From Flavobacteriales bacterium UBA720 (GTDB lineage: Bacteria > Bacteroidota > Bacteroidia > Flavobacteriales > Weeksellaceae), in the NCBI GenBank assembly GCA_002297505.1, contig DBLQ01000110.1, positions 6,569-70,568 on the forward strand: 64,000 nt of DNA, written 5' to 3'. This document shows, piece after piece, positions 39,183 to 49,862 of this stretch. Each line of letters opens with the position of its first letter. Positions within the stretch are counted from its first letter, which is position 1. The position numbers and the translations under genes are program-made. Below the pieces are notes generated by a model, which had not been told where the DNA came from, made no database searches, and saw only the letters and a program-made list of their open reading frames with translations.

Positions 39183-40760
39183 ATGGCAGAAATAAATCCG
39201 GCAGAAGTATCAGCGATACTGAAGCAGCAATTAGCAAATTTCGATACTCAATCTAATGTAGAAGAAGTTGGTACTGTTCTTACAATCGGTGATGGTATCG
39301 CGCGTGTTTACGGTTTAGAAAACGTACAGTACGGAGAATTGGTAAGATTCGAAGCTGGAGTAGAAGGTATCGTTCTTAACCTGGAAGAAGACAACGTAGG
39401 TGTGGCACTTCTTGGTGAATCCAAAATGGTAAAAGAAGGCGATACTGTAAGAAGAACTAACAGAATCTCTTCTATCAAAGTTGGTGAAGGAATGCTTGGT
39501 AGAGTTGTGGACACTTTGGGTAATCCAATCGATGGAAAAGGACCTATCGAAGGGGAACTTTACGAAATGCCGTTGGAAAGAAAAGCACCAGGTGTTATCT
39601 TCCGTCAGCCGGTAACTGAGCCGCTTCAGACTGGTATCGTTGCGATTGACTCGATGATTCCTGTAGGAAGAGGACAAAGAGAGCTGATCATTGGTGACAG
39701 ACAGACTGGTAAAACAGTTGTGGCTATCGACACCATTATCAATCAAAAAGAATTTTATGATGCTGGGCAACCGGTTTATTGTATATATGTTGCAATTGGG
39801 CAAAAAGCTTCGACTGTAGCACAAATCGTTAAAACATTAGAAGACAAAGGCGCTTTGGCTTACACAGTAATTGTAGCTGCTAACGCTTCTGATCCGGTTC
39901 CAATGCAGGTTTACTCTGCAATGGCAGGTGCTTCTATTGGAGAATACTTCAGAGACACTGGTCGTGCCGCTTTGATTGTTTATGATGATTTGTCCAAGCA
40001 GGCTGTAGCTTACCGTGAGCTTTCTCTTCTATTGAGAAGACCACCGGGCCGTGAGGCTTATCCGGGAGACGTTTTCTACTTGCACTCCAGATTATTGGAA
40101 AGAGCGGCAAAAGTTATTGCTGATGATTCTATCGCAAAACAAATGAACGATTTGCCGGAATCTCTCAAGCCAATCGTGAAAGGTGGTGGTTCATTAACAG
40201 CCCTTCCAATCATCGAAACTCAGGCTGGTGACGTTTCTGCATATATCCCGACCAACGTGATCTCTATTACAGACGGACAGATTTTCCTGGAGTCTGACTT
40301 GTTCAACTCGGGAGTTCGTCCTGCGATCAACGTTGGTATCTCTGTATCAAGAGTTGGGGGTAATGCTCAAATCAAGTCAATGAAAAAAGTGTCTGGTACT
40401 TTGAAACTAGACCAGGCTCAATATAAAGAATTGGAAGCGTTTGCAAAGTTCGGTTCTGACCTGGATGCTGCCACATTGGCAGTAATCTCTAAAGGGGAAA
40501 GAAACGTGGAGCTTTTGAAGCAACCGGTGAACTCTCCGCTTCCGGTAGAAAGTCAGGTAGCAATGATCTACGCAGGAACTGAAAACCTGATGAGAAATAT
40601 TCCAATCAGAAAGGTGAAAGAATTCCAGGTAGAATATGTGGATTTCTTGAGAAACAAGCATCCGGAAGTAATGGCTGCGCTTAAAGCTGGTAAAATTGAC
40701 GATTCAATTACCGGAACGCTGAAGCAGGTAGCAACAGAACTTTCTGCGAAATACAACTAA
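39183..40760 (+). CDS. atpA: ATP synthase F1 subunit alpha
   Basis: GDRQTGKT and [21 protein letters not shown]. Confidence 0.99.
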   Translation: MAEINPAEVSAILKQQLANFDTQSNVEEVGTVLTIGDGIARVYGLENVQYGELVRFEAGVEGIVLNLEEDNVGVALLGESKMVKEGDTVRRTNRISSIKVGEGMLGRVVDTLGNPIDGKGPIEGELYEMPLERKAPGVIFRQPVTEPLQTGIVAIDSMIPVGRGQRELIIGDRQTGKTVVAIDTIINQKEFYDAGQPVYCIYVAIGQKASTVAQIVKTLEDKGALAYTVIVAANASDPVPMQVYSAMAGASIGEYFRDTGRAALIVYDDLSKQAVAYRELSLLLRRPPGREAYPGDVFYLHSRLLERAAKVIADDSIAKQMNDLPESLKPIVKGGGSLTALPIIETQAGDVSAYIPTNVISITDGQIFLESDLFNSGVRPAINVGISVSRVGGNAQIKSMKKVSGTLKLDQAQYKELEAFAKFGSDLDAATLAVISKGERNVELLKQPVNSPLPVESQVAMIYAGTENLMRNIPIRKVKEFQVEYVDFLRNKHPEVMAALKAGKIDDSITGTLKQVATELSAKYN

Positions 40761-40765
40761 ACTTG

Positions 40766-40836
40766 GTTGTCGGTTGTTAGTTGTCGGTTGATGGACATTT
40801 CCTTGGACTGACAACTATCAACTATCAACTATCAAC
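40766..40836. repeat. Inverted pair of 7-mer microsatellites (GTTGTCG-type / CAACTAT x3)
   Basis: GTTGTCG-GTTGTTA-GTTGTCG-GTTGATG followed by (CAACTAT)3CAAC, between atpA and atpG. Confidence 0.75.
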
Positions 40837-40848
40837 CAGATTATAAGA

Positions 40849-41715
40849 ATGGCAAACTTAAAAGAAATACGAGGCAGGATTTCATCGATATCATCTACGA
40901 TGCAGATTACCAGTGCTATGAAAATGGTTTCCGCAGCGAAACTGAAAAAAGCGCAGGATGCAATCGTAATGCTGAGACCTTATTCCGAAAAACTACAGGA
41001 GATTATTGAGAATGTAAGCGCCGCTTCTGATGCAGACAACATTTCAGAATTTGCAGTGGAGCGTGAGGTGAAAAAAGTACTTTTCATCGCCGTAACTTCC
41101 AACAGAGGTTTGGCCGGTGCCTTCAACTCGTCTGTAATTAAGGAATTGAATACGCAGTTTTCTTCCCAAAAAAATGTAGAACTGGAGATTCTCACGATTG
41201 GTAAAAAAGCTTTCGATGCGATGAGAAAGAACAGAACAGTTTACGAAAATCACAGTTCGCTCTTCGATAATCTTTCTTTCGACCATGTTTCCAACATGAC
41301 GGAAAAGGTAATGGCCGATTTCAAAGCTGGCAAGTTTGACAAAGTATATGTAGTTTACAATAAGTTTATCAATGCTGCCACTCAGGAAGTCGTAACAGAG
41401 CAGGTTTTGCCAATTTCTGTGTCCGCAGAAAAGCAAACTTCCGATGTGAATGTAGATTACATCTTCGAACCGGGCAGACAGGAAATCCTGAAAACCCTGA
41501 TTCCAAAGTCTATCAAGACACAGATATTTAAAGCGGTTCTGGATTCTGTAGCATCAGAACACGGTGCCAGGATGACAGCGATGCACAAGGCGACTGACAA
41601 TGCAGAGGCTCTTAGAAATGACTTGAGGATTTTCTACAACAAAGCCAGACAGGCCGCCATCACCAACGAAATTTTAGAGATTGTTTCCGGAGCAGAAGCT
41701 CTGAAAAACAGTTGA
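40849..41715 (+). CDS. atpG: ATP synthase F1 subunit gamma
   Basis: ITSAMKMVSAAK, SEHGARMTAM, NKARQAAITNEILEIVSGA. Confidence 0.98.
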   Translation: MANLKEIRGRISSISSTMQITSAMKMVSAAKLKKAQDAIVMLRPYSEKLQEIIENVSAASDADNISEFAVEREVKKVLFIAVTSNRGLAGAFNSSVIKELNTQFSSQKNVELEILTIGKKAFDAMRKNRTVYENHSSLFDNLSFDHVSNMTEKVMADFKAGKFDKVYVVYNKFINAATQEVVTEQVLPISVSAEKQTSDVNVDYIFEPGRQEILKTLIPKSIKTQIFKAVLDSVASEHGARMTAMHKATDNAEALRNDLRIFYNKARQAAITNEILEIVSGAEALKNS

Positions 41716-41790
41716 TATATTTATAAGTTAAAGTTAGTAGTTAGTTATAAAAAGCATTGGAGGGCAAACTTCAGTGCTTTTTATTATTTT

Positions 41791-41896
41791 GGGCAGCTTT
41801 ATCCGCCTTCCGCTCCCAATCTTTTTTGCAGAAAGTTTCTACATAAGTAGAAATTGAGAACCAGCAAAAAAGGATTTCCGCTCAAGTCGGGCTGCA
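41791..41896. repeat. Structured interspersed repeat (Flavo-1-like), copy 2
   Basis: Same ends as 35667-35750, with a longer variable central loop. Confidence 0.75.
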
Positions 41897-42046
41897 GCTT
41901 CGCAAAGTATCAATCTTAATCCTTTTTTCGATTTTACAGGAAAAGGAAACGAAGTCTCGGTATATTGAGTAGAAGTAATTACTTGTAAACAAATAAAAAA
42001 AAACTTACTTTTGCAACCATTAATTTTTAAAAATAAAAACACAAAA

Positions 42047-42940
42047 ATGAAAAAATTATTTTTATCTTTTGTTGCATTAGGTAATCTATTATTGGCTCAA
42101 ACTGTTGTGATTAATCAACCTGTTTCATCTATGCCATTAGATTATGTTTCAAGTTATAGTTACAATCCAAGTCAAAAAGGGATTTTTACAGCAGATGATT
42201 TTGAACTAACATCAATTTCAACCATTAAGAAAATTACCATATTTGGTAAAGGTGATTCGAACTTTCTGAGTAATTTGCAAGGCTTTACTGTTCATTTAAT
42301 TCCTGAGCAAAATTCACTTCCAATGGGGATACCTTTTAAGACTTATACAGGAGGGTATTTCTCTTTGGCTTATCCCACAAACTCAAAATTGGTGATTACT
42401 GATTTAGGGAATGACGTATTCAAGGTAGAGCTAAATAATATCGATACCTATGGAATATGCCAAAATAAACCAATTGGTAAATATTGGTTAAGTGTTGCTG
42501 GATTAGTAAACGCTAATTCCAATTTTTTTGCACAAGCGAATTGGTACTCATTTTCATCTAGCCAAAATAGTTTTAATAACGCTGTATTTGTTGATCCGGA
42601 TGATTTGACCTTTTCTGCTAATACGACTTGGAAACCCATTTCAACGCAAGTTTCAAATATGAATTCGCTTGCTTTTATAATTGAAACCGCAGATAATCTT
42701 GGTACCAAAGAAATAAAAAATACACCAGACTTTTTTATTTCAAATGATAAAAACTTGCTAACTATTACAGAGCTTATTGGAAATAATTTTAAAGAATGTG
42801 AAATATTTGATATGTCTGGAAAAAAGTTAGGTCAATATAAAAACAAGATTATTGATATTTCTTATTTGAATTCTTCTATTTACGTATTAAAAGTAGTAAA
42901 CAAAAACGGAAAATTTAATACGTTCAAATTTAAAAAATAA
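42047..42940 (+). CDS. T9SS type A sorting domain protein
   Basis: Signal peptide MKKLFLSF..AQ; C-terminal EIFDMSGK..IDISYLNSSIYVLKV..KFKK; AT-rich. Confidence 0.8.
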   Translation: MKKLFLSFVALGNLLLAQTVVINQPVSSMPLDYVSSYSYNPSQKGIFTADDFELTSISTIKKITIFGKGDSNFLSNLQGFTVHLIPEQNSLPMGIPFKTYTGGYFSLAYPTNSKLVITDLGNDVFKVELNNIDTYGICQNKPIGKYWLSVAGLVNANSNFFAQANWYSFSSSQNSFNNAVFVDPDDLTFSANTTWKPISTQVSNMNSLAFIIETADNLGTKEIKNTPDFFISNDKNLLTITELIGNNFKECEIFDMSGKKLGQYKNKIIDISYLNSSIYVLKVVNKNGKFNTFKFKK

Positions 42941-43190
42941 GTTTACAAAAACAGACTTTCTGTAATATTTTGCGAAGTCTGAATTTTTATAGCCACTACT
43001 TATTAACTACAAATTTTTATTAATTTGGTCGTTAGAAAGTAATGGCTTTTTTATTTATTTTTTTCTAAAGTTATTGTTGTTTGGGTATTTCACTATTGCT
43101 AAATTTCATTTTTATTAACTTCAAGATGTTCTAAATCGAAGTTAAAAAAAATATATATCTTTGTAGGGATTGTATATATAACAACATTAA

Positions 43191-44549
43191 ATGGACCCCG
43201 ATAGTTTAGTCAAACTTCTCATTGCATTATTTTTAGTTCTTTTGAATGGCTTTTTTGTAGCCGCCGAATTCTCAATTGTTAAAGTACGTTATTCCCAGAT
43301 TCAGCTCAAAGCTGCCGAAGGAAACACGATGGCCAAGCAGGCCGAAAATATCATTAAAAATCTCGATGCCTATCTCTCGGCCACTCAGCTGGGGATTACA
43401 CTTGCTTCCCTTGCCCTCGGTTGGGTAGGAGAGAGCGCGTTGCATCATATCATAGAAGCCACGTTTCATTCCCTCAATATCGAATTGGCGGCCACTACGG
43501 TGACTACGATTTCAGTCGTCTGTAGTTTCCTTTTGATTACCGTGATGCACATTGTCTTCGGAGAATTGGTTCCAAAATCGATTGCGATCAGGAAATCTGA
43601 GGCCACAACCTTATTCATTGCCTATCCGCTGCATCTGTTTTACAATATCTTCCGCCCGTTCATCTGGTTGATGAACTCCTTGTCCAACGGGTTTTTGAGA
43701 ATTATCAAAATCCATCCGGCCTCGGAACATGATATTCATTCTACAGAAGAATTGCAATTGTTAGTAAAACAATCTGCAGACAGTGGTGAGATTGAGGAGG
43801 AAAATTATGAGATCATCAAGAATGCTTTCGATTTTACAGATCACAATGCGAAGCAGATCATGATCACCCGCCAGAACATCTCTTCGATTGACATCGAGGA
43901 TGATAAGGAGGAAATCATCTCTCAGATTATGGAAAGCGGCTACTCGCGTATCCCGGTTTACGAGGGTTCCATTGATAACATCATCGGTATTTTTTACACC
44001 AAGGAGATCATCAGGGAATATATCAAAAGCAAGGGCGAATTGACGCATGAAGATTTGAGAGGTCTGATGCGGGAAGCCTTCTTTGTGGTCGGAAGCAAAA
44101 AGATTTCTGACCTTCTAAAAGTGTTCCAGCTGAAGAAGCAGCATATGGCGATTGTCATTGATGAATTTGGCGGAACTGAAGGTATCATCACGCTGGAAGA
44201 TATCCTGGAGGAATTGGTAGGCGAGATTCAGGACGAGGAAGATGAAGAGGATAAAATCGTAGACAAGGTCGGCGAGAACACCTATTGGGTGAAAGCCACG
44301 CAGCCATTGGAGGAGATCAACGAAAGCCTGCCGAGAGACCTTCCGGTTTCCGAAGAAGGCGAGTATAATACTTTAGCCGGATTTATCCTCAACAAATTGC
44401 AGGATATTCCGGAAGAAAATCAGGAGTTTGAGTGCGACGGCTACCACTTCAAAATTCTCAAAATGCAGAACAAGGGTGTAGAACTGGTGGAACTGGTATA
44501 CGAGAAACCACTCCTCGAAGATCTTACCGATGAAATTACAGATGCGTAA
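43191..44549 (+). CDS. Hemolysin family HlyC/CorC (CNNM + CBS) transporter
   Basis: LNGFFVAAEFS, GELVPK, SGYSRIPVY, DEFGGTEGIITLEDILEELVGEI. Confidence 0.93.
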   Translation: MDPDSLVKLLIALFLVLLNGFFVAAEFSIVKVRYSQIQLKAAEGNTMAKQAENIIKNLDAYLSATQLGITLASLALGWVGESALHHIIEATFHSLNIELAATTVTTISVVCSFLLITVMHIVFGELVPKSIAIRKSEATTLFIAYPLHLFYNIFRPFIWLMNSLSNGFLRIIKIHPASEHDIHSTEELQLLVKQSADSGEIEEENYEIIKNAFDFTDHNAKQIMITRQNISSIDIEDDKEEIISQIMESGYSRIPVYEGSIDNIIGIFYTKEIIREYIKSKGELTHEDLRGLMREAFFVVGSKKISDLLKVFQLKKQHMAIVIDEFGGTEGIITLEDILEELVGEIQDEEDEEDKIVDKVGENTYWVKATQPLEEINESLPRDLPVSEEGEYNTLAGFILNKLQDIPEENQEFECDGYHFKILKMQNKGVELVELVYEKPLLEDLTDEITDA

Positions 44550-44854
44550 TGATAAGTATTAATAACAATAAATCTTACGATCAGCCAAAACGCCAGTACG
44601 ATGAAGATGTTCTGGTGCTGGAACAGGAAGACGAAGTCTACAAATTGGTTCTTCATAATGATGATGTCAATACTTTCGACTTTGTCATTATGTGCCTGAT
44701 GGAAATCTGCGAACATACGCTGGAGCAGGCAGAACAGTGTACGATTCTCGTTCATTACAAAGGCAAATGTACCGTAAAAACAGGTGCGTTGGAAAAACTT
44801 AAACCGATGAATCAGGCATTGCTGGACAAAGGATTAAGCTCAGAAATACAATAA
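44549..44854 (+). CDS. clpS: ATP-dependent Clp protease adaptor
   Basis: LHNDDVNTFDFV and VHYKGK. Confidence 0.92.
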   Translation: MISINNNKSYDQPKRQYDEDVLVLEQEDEVYKLVLHNDDVNTFDFVIMCLMEICEHTLEQAEQCTILVHYKGKCTVKTGALEKLKPMNQALLDKGLSSEIQ

Positions 44855-44977
44855 ACGGTTACTTTTAGTAATCGTTTTTTTATTACGAAATATATATTTG
44901 TGTCATATTGATATTAGCAGTAATTTGTTTAGATGTAATACGACTTATTTATTAATCTAGAAATTCAATAATGATTT

Positions 44978-45520
44978 ATGAAAATAATTATTTTAGTAAT
45001 ATTTGTAATCTTAAGTCCTCTAAATTTTTTTGCTCAAACAGAATCATTAAGTGATGAAAAATATAAGACGGCCAAAATAATTTTTGATAATGCTTATTCT
45101 CAAAGAAATAAAAATACTAACTATAAACTCTCAAAAGTTAAATCCAGAAATAATAAAGTTATTCTAAACAATTTAGAGACTATAAAATTCGGGAGAGTTG
45201 ATTTTAAAGGTCTGTCGATAATCGAAAAAGGATTACTGAACCCAAAAGAAATCAATGGTAATAGTAGAATATCGGTTTGTTGTATTCAAGAATTACCATT
45301 ATTAAATCCCAACATAATAACAAGGAGATTCAGGATTTGGGTATTTCCATATAATGAAAAATTGTATAATTCTCTTGAGGATGAATCTTATAGAAATAAA
45401 AATCCTTCCGAATATTATTTTGAATTGATGAATGAAGATTATACTGAAAATATGACTTGGAAAGACTTTATTAAAAATGCAAAATTAACATTTATTGCTT
45501 TTGGTCAAAAAGTAGAGTAA
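44978..45520 (+). CDS. Hypothetical secreted protein
   Basis: Signal peptide ending FAQ; AT-rich; no recognised motif. Confidence 0.7.
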   Translation: MKIIILVIFVILSPLNFFAQTESLSDEKYKTAKIIFDNAYSQRNKNTNYKLSKVKSRNNKVILNNLETIKFGRVDFKGLSIIEKGLLNPKEINGNSRISVCCIQELPLLNPNIITRRFRIWVFPYNEKLYNSLEDESYRNKNPSEYYFELMNEDYTENMTWKDFIKNAKLTFIAFGQKVE

Positions 45521-45563
45521 ATAATTGAAATATAGGAGTTATCAATAAAAGATAATGATCTTT

Positions 45564-48500
45564 TTAACTGAATTTCTGCCTCGGCAAATTGATCTCGTGC
45601 GCCTGCGGATAAGGCTTGCGTGAGGTCATACTGATGTCTTCTTTCATTTGTTTATGAACATCAAATTCCCTGTCTTTGTCATACGCATACCTCGGATCCG
45701 GGATCATTGGCAGCTTCGCCATTTTATGAATCGTGATCGTCGGAAAATGATAATCCACTTCCACTGTTCCCAGCAAGAGATAACAGCCTCCACCCTGAAA
45801 ATCGTATTCTTTCAGACTGTCCGGGAAATGAGCGGTATCAAAATAATCACCATTGGCATCAATCCAGGTTCCGAAGAACATCGCACCTTTCTTCGTAGGA
45901 ACGTGTTTCCGCGAAATCAGATAAGCCAGCATTTTGACCTGAAGTTTGTGAAATTTCAATAAATCTTTTACAAAAACCGAACCTCGGAATTTTGTTTTTA
46001 ACAAGTCAAAAGGACTGCAGGAAACAGGAAATCCGATGATCTCCAGCTCATCAAAGGCATCTTCAAACGCTTCTCTTTTCAGTTCCGGCAGTTTGAATTC
46101 ACGCGCAGGCTCATCAAAAAGGGCAATGTTTCTGTTTTCGATTTTATAGTTGATCAATAATAATCTGGCTTCCACCAACAATTCATTTTTCTGCTTTCCT
46201 GTAAACCTGAATGCGCCAATAAAAATCAAAATCTGAATGGTTTCAATCCCTACCGGAATGCGCTTGATGAAGTTTTCCAGAGATTGGTAATCGCCGTTTA
46301 TTTCGCGCTCTTCAGAAATCATTTGGGCAATTTTCGTCTCCAGAGATTGCAGTAGCAGAAAGCCCAAATAGATGGTTGTTCCTTTCAAGACCGATTGATA
46401 TTCGCTGTGGTTCACGCAGGGATTTTGGATCTCAGCGCCGGACATTCTCGCTTCGTGAATATAAACTTCTGTCCGGTAAAAACCACCTTGGTTATTGATG
46501 ACCGAAACCATAAATTCCAGCGGATAATAGACCTTCAGATACAAACTCTGATAACTTTCCACCGCATAAGACGCCGAATGTGCCTTACAAAATGAATAAC
46601 CCGCAAACGACTGAATCTGCCGAAAAGCCTCTGCGGTCATTTGCTCAGAATGTCCTTGATTTTTACAAGATTCGAAAAAGTTGACTTTTACTTCATTCAA
46701 TTTCTGCATCGACCGTTCCTTTCCGCTCATTGCCCGTCTTAGAATGTCACCATCGGCGTGAGAAAGTCCTCCAAAATATTGCGCAATTTTGATCACATCT
46801 TCCTGATAAACCATAATGCCGTAAGTTTCTTTCAAATTTTTCTCAAACACGGGATGAAAATATTCGAATTGATTGGGATGATTGTGGCGGAAAATATATT
46901 CCCGCATCATTCCGCTCTGTGCCACGCCGGGACGGATGATAGATGACGCGGCGACCAACGTTCGGTAGTCACTGCATTTCAGCCGTCGTAACAATCCACG
47001 CATCGCCGGACTTTCGATATAGAAACAGCCGATGGTTTTTCCGATGGCCAGATATTCATTGCAGACAGACTCGTCTTTAGAAATAGAAGTGTCCCGGATA
47101 TCCACTTCGATGCCTCTGTTTTGTTTAATTAATTCTACGGTGTCATTGATCGTTCCAAGTCCGCGCTGCGAGAGAATATCAAACTTTTCCAACCCGATGT
47201 CTTCTGCCACATTCATATCAAACTGAGCAATAGGGAAGCCTTTTGGAGGCATTTCCAGAGCCGTGTAAGTGGTAATTGGTTCTTCAGAAATCAAAATGCC
47301 GCAAGCGTGCATACTTCTTTGATTCGGGAATTTTTCCATCAATTTTCCATATTGATGAACCAGTTTTACAATCGAGTTTTGGTCGTGGTTTTCCATTGAT
47401 TTGCCAGCCAATTGATCTAATTCTTCTTTGGGCAAACCAAATGCTTTACCTACTTCCCGAAAAATCGATTTGTATTTGAATTCCACATTGGTTCCGCAAA
47501 AGGCCACGTGATCCCTTCCGTATTTATCAAAAATATATTGGATGATGATGTCGCGGTTTTGCCAACTCCAATCGATATCAAAATCGGGTGGAGAAGTTCG
47601 GTTAAGATTCAGAAACCTTTCAAAATATAAATCTAATTCAATCGGACAAATATCTGTAATGCCCAGGCAATAACTGACGATGGAATTGGCGCCACTTCCT
47701 CGACCGACGTGCATAAAACCCATTCTGTTGCTGTACTGCACGATATCCCAGGTAATCAGAAAATACGCCGAAAATTTAAGCTCACCAATCACTTTCAGTT
47801 CTTTTTCAACTCTGGCTCTGGCAACATCATCATTGGCGCCATACCGTTTTTGCAAACCCGAATAAGCGAGCTCGGCCAACAGTTTCATATCCTCTTCCAG
47901 AGATTCTTTAAAATATTTTTTGTTTTTATTTTCAGTGCTTCCACGTTCTTTGTAAGTAAATTCAAAGCTACATTCTGCAAGGATTTTTTTGGTGTTGCTA
48001 ATGATTGAAGGATAATGTTCAAATGATTTTAATAAGTCAATTTCGGGTTTGAAATGTTCGGATTTTCTGCAAATCTCATCTTCCGCAAGTTTAGAAATCA
48101 AAGTATTGCCGTCAATCGCTCTCAGGATTCGATGAAGATTATATTCTTTTTTCGTGCTGAAGGTGACAGGCTGAAGAACAACCATTTTGTTGATTTTATT
48201 TTTAAATTCAGGCCGAATCAACAGATTCAATTCCTCTTCACGGATTCCTATGAATTCATTTTCTTTTAAAGTTTCAGGCATATTTTCGATGGGATAAATG
48301 ACAAATACCTGACTGTAATTCGGAGCCGTTTCCGAAAGTTCAATACCGTCACAATGATGTTGAGTTAAAATCTGGTTCACTTCTCCAATTCCGCCGAATG
48401 CCTTCGCAATAGCAATGTATAAGAGTTTGTTTTCTTTTCTCACTTCGATGCCGGCAATCGGTTTTATTCCTGCTTTTTCACATTCTTTTTTGAAATCATA

Positions 48501-48632
48501 AATGGCGGTTACGGTATTGATGTCGCTCAAAACCAATGTTTTGATTCCAAGTTCGGAAGCTTGCTCTACCAGATTCTGAACCGATAAAGTGCCGTAACGA
48601 AGGCTGTGATAAGAATGACAGTTGAGATACAT
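45564..48632 (-). CDS. dnaE2: Second DNA polymerase III alpha subunit (DnaE2-type, probably error-prone)
   Basis: PHP domain CHSYHSL, GRGSGANS, catalytic PDFDID, YSFCKAHS; 20 bp downstream of dinB in the same orientation. Confidence 0.85.
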   Translation of the reverse strand: MYLNCHSYHSLRYGTLSVQNLVEQASELGIKTLVLSDINTVTAIYDFKKECEKAGIKPIAGIEVRKENKLLYIAIAKAFGGIGEVNQILTQHHCDGIELSETAPNYSQVFVIYPIENMPETLKENEFIGIREEELNLLIRPEFKNKINKMVVLQPVTFSTKKEYNLHRILRAIDGNTLISKLAEDEICRKSEHFKPEIDLLKSFEHYPSIISNTKKILAECSFEFTYKERGSTENKNKKYFKESLEEDMKLLAELAYSGLQKRYGANDDVARARVEKELKVIGELKFSAYFLITWDIVQYSNRMGFMHVGRGSGANSIVSYCLGITDICPIELDLYFERFLNLNRTSPPDFDIDWSWQNRDIIIQYIFDKYGRDHVAFCGTNVEFKYKSIFREVGKAFGLPKEELDQLAGKSMENHDQNSIVKLVHQYGKLMEKFPNQRSMHACGILISEEPITTYTALEMPPKGFPIAQFDMNVAEDIGLEKFDILSQRGLGTINDTVELIKQNRGIEVDIRDTSISKDESVCNEYLAIGKTIGCFYIESPAMRGLLRRLKCSDYRTLVAASSIIRPGVAQSGMMREYIFRHNHPNQFEYFHPVFEKNLKETYGIMVYQEDVIKIAQYFGGLSHADGDILRRAMSGKERSMQKLNEVKVNFFESCKNQGHSEQMTAEAFRQIQSFAGYSFCKAHSASYAVESYQSLYLKVYYPLEFMVSVINNQGGFYRTEVYIHEARMSGAEIQNPCVNHSEYQSVLKGTTIYLGFLLLQSLETKIAQMISEEREINGDYQSLENFIKRIPVGIETIQILIFIGAFRFTGKQKNELLVEARLLLINYKIENRNIALFDEPAREFKLPELKREAFEDAFDELEIIGFPVSCSPFDLLKTKFRGSVFVKDLLKFHKLQVKMLAYLISRKHVPTKKGAMFFGTWIDANGDYFDTAHFPDSLKEYDFQGGGCYLLLGTVEVDYHFPTITIHKMAKLPMIPDPRYAYDKDREFDVHKQMKEDISMTSRKPYPQAHEINLPRQKFS

Positions 48633-48652
48633 TGAAATTAAAATTTTAAAAA

Positions 48653-49801
48653 TTATTGACCAAAATCAAATCCCGAAGCTCTGCCTAAAGCATTGGCGCC
48701 GAACCTGTTTTTGAGATAATCCATCGTCTGATAGAGGCTCATCTGCTCTTCAGTATCTTCAAAAAGATTCATCTGGTGATGACCGTGAACCAAATCTGTG
48801 AAGCGCAGACCAACGAGCCGGATGCGCATTCTCCTCGTATAAACTTTGTTGAAAAGTTCCAAAGCAACTTTGGATAAAGTGTGGTCGGCAGACGTGTAAG
48901 CGATTTTGTGTTGTTTGGTTTCCGTATCAAAATTGGAATACCGGATTTTGATCACAACCGTGGATGTCAGCCATTTTTCCTGTCTCAATTGATAAGCTAA
49001 CTTTTCTGCCATTCCCGATATCAGCCTTTTGATTTCCAAAATGTCGATGGAATCTGTCGCAAATGTCCGTTCCGTAGAAATGGATTTTCTTTCGGAGTAA
49101 GGAATCACGGGATTGTCATCGATACCATTGGCTTTTTTCCAAAGCTCTTTTCCGTTCACACCCATCATCTGCTGCAGCACCAGAACCGGCATTTCGGAAA
49201 GTGTATGAATCGTTCTCACACCAATTCTCGAAAGAAGCTGAAAAGTTTTGTCGCCCACCATCGGGATTTTTTTGACGGAAAGCGGATTGAGAAATGGTTG
49301 GATCTCCGTCTCTCTGATCTGGAATTTCCCTTCGGGTTTTGATTCGCCCGTTCCGATTTTTGAAACGGTTTTGTTATTGGACAAGGCAAAACTGATCGGA
49401 AGTCCGGTTTCCTTTTTCACCGCAGATGCAATTTCCTGGGTCCATTGGTAACAGCCGAAAAATTTGTCCATTCCGGTAAGGTCAAGATAGAACTCATCGA
49501 TGCTCGCCTTTTCCATCACGGGCACTTTTTCCTGGATCACTTCGGTCACCAGATGAGACATTTTGGAAAAGAGTTCGTAGTCACCTTTTACCACTTTGGC
49601 ATCGGGACAAAGGCGGAGCGCCATTCTAATCGGCATCGCAGAACGCACCCCGAATTTCCGTGCTTCGTACGAGCAGGAAGCCACCACGCCACGGTCGCCA
49701 CCGCCGATGATGAGTGGGATTCCGTTCAGTTCAGAGTGGTTCAGCCTTTCGCACGAAACGAAAAACGCATCCAGGTCCATATGTACAATAGCACGATTCA
49801 C
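48653..49801 (-). CDS. dinB: DNA polymerase IV (Y family)
   Basis: HMDLDAFF, SYEARKFGVRSAMP, ASIDEFYLD, C-terminal QMNLF; GTG start. Confidence 0.95.
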   Translation of the reverse strand: MNRAIVHMDLDAFFVSCERLNHSELNGIPLIIGGGDRGVVASCSYEARKFGVRSAMPIRMALRLCPDAKVVKGDYELFSKMSHLVTEVIQEKVPVMEKASIDEFYLDLTGMDKFFGCYQWTQEIASAVKKETGLPISFALSNNKTVSKIGTGESKPEGKFQIRETEIQPFLNPLSVKKIPMVGDKTFQLLSRIGVRTIHTLSEMPVLVLQQMMGVNGKELWKKANGIDDNPVIPYSERKSISTERTFATDSIDILEIKRLISGMAEKLAYQLRQEKWLTSTVVIKIRYSNFDTETKQHKIAYTSADHTLSKVALELFNKVYTRRMRIRLVGLRFTDLVHGHHQMNLFEDTEEQMSLYQTMDYLKNRFGANALGRASGFDFGQ

Positions 49802-49813
49802 CTGACAAAATTA

Positions 49814-49861
49814 GATTCATTTTGTATCATTTTTATTATATTTGCAGATACAATTTGTATC
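49814..49861. promoter_or_regulatory. Two palindromic operator-like boxes in the divergent dinB/XRE promoter
   Basis: GATACAA-T-TTGTATC (49847-49861, perfect) and GATTCAT-T-TTGTATC (49814-49828, 2 mismatches), interleaved with TAnnTTTG boxes on both strands. Confidence 0.7.
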
Positions 49862-49862
49862 A

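Noticed and set aside
36005..41715. Missing atpD/atpC as an anomaly
   Set aside because: A split atp operon with beta and epsilon encoded elsewhere is the usual arrangement in flavobacteria.
41839..42042. 67-aa minus-strand ORF
   Set aside because: Reads through the interspersed repeat and the promoter of the T9SS gene; likely spurious.
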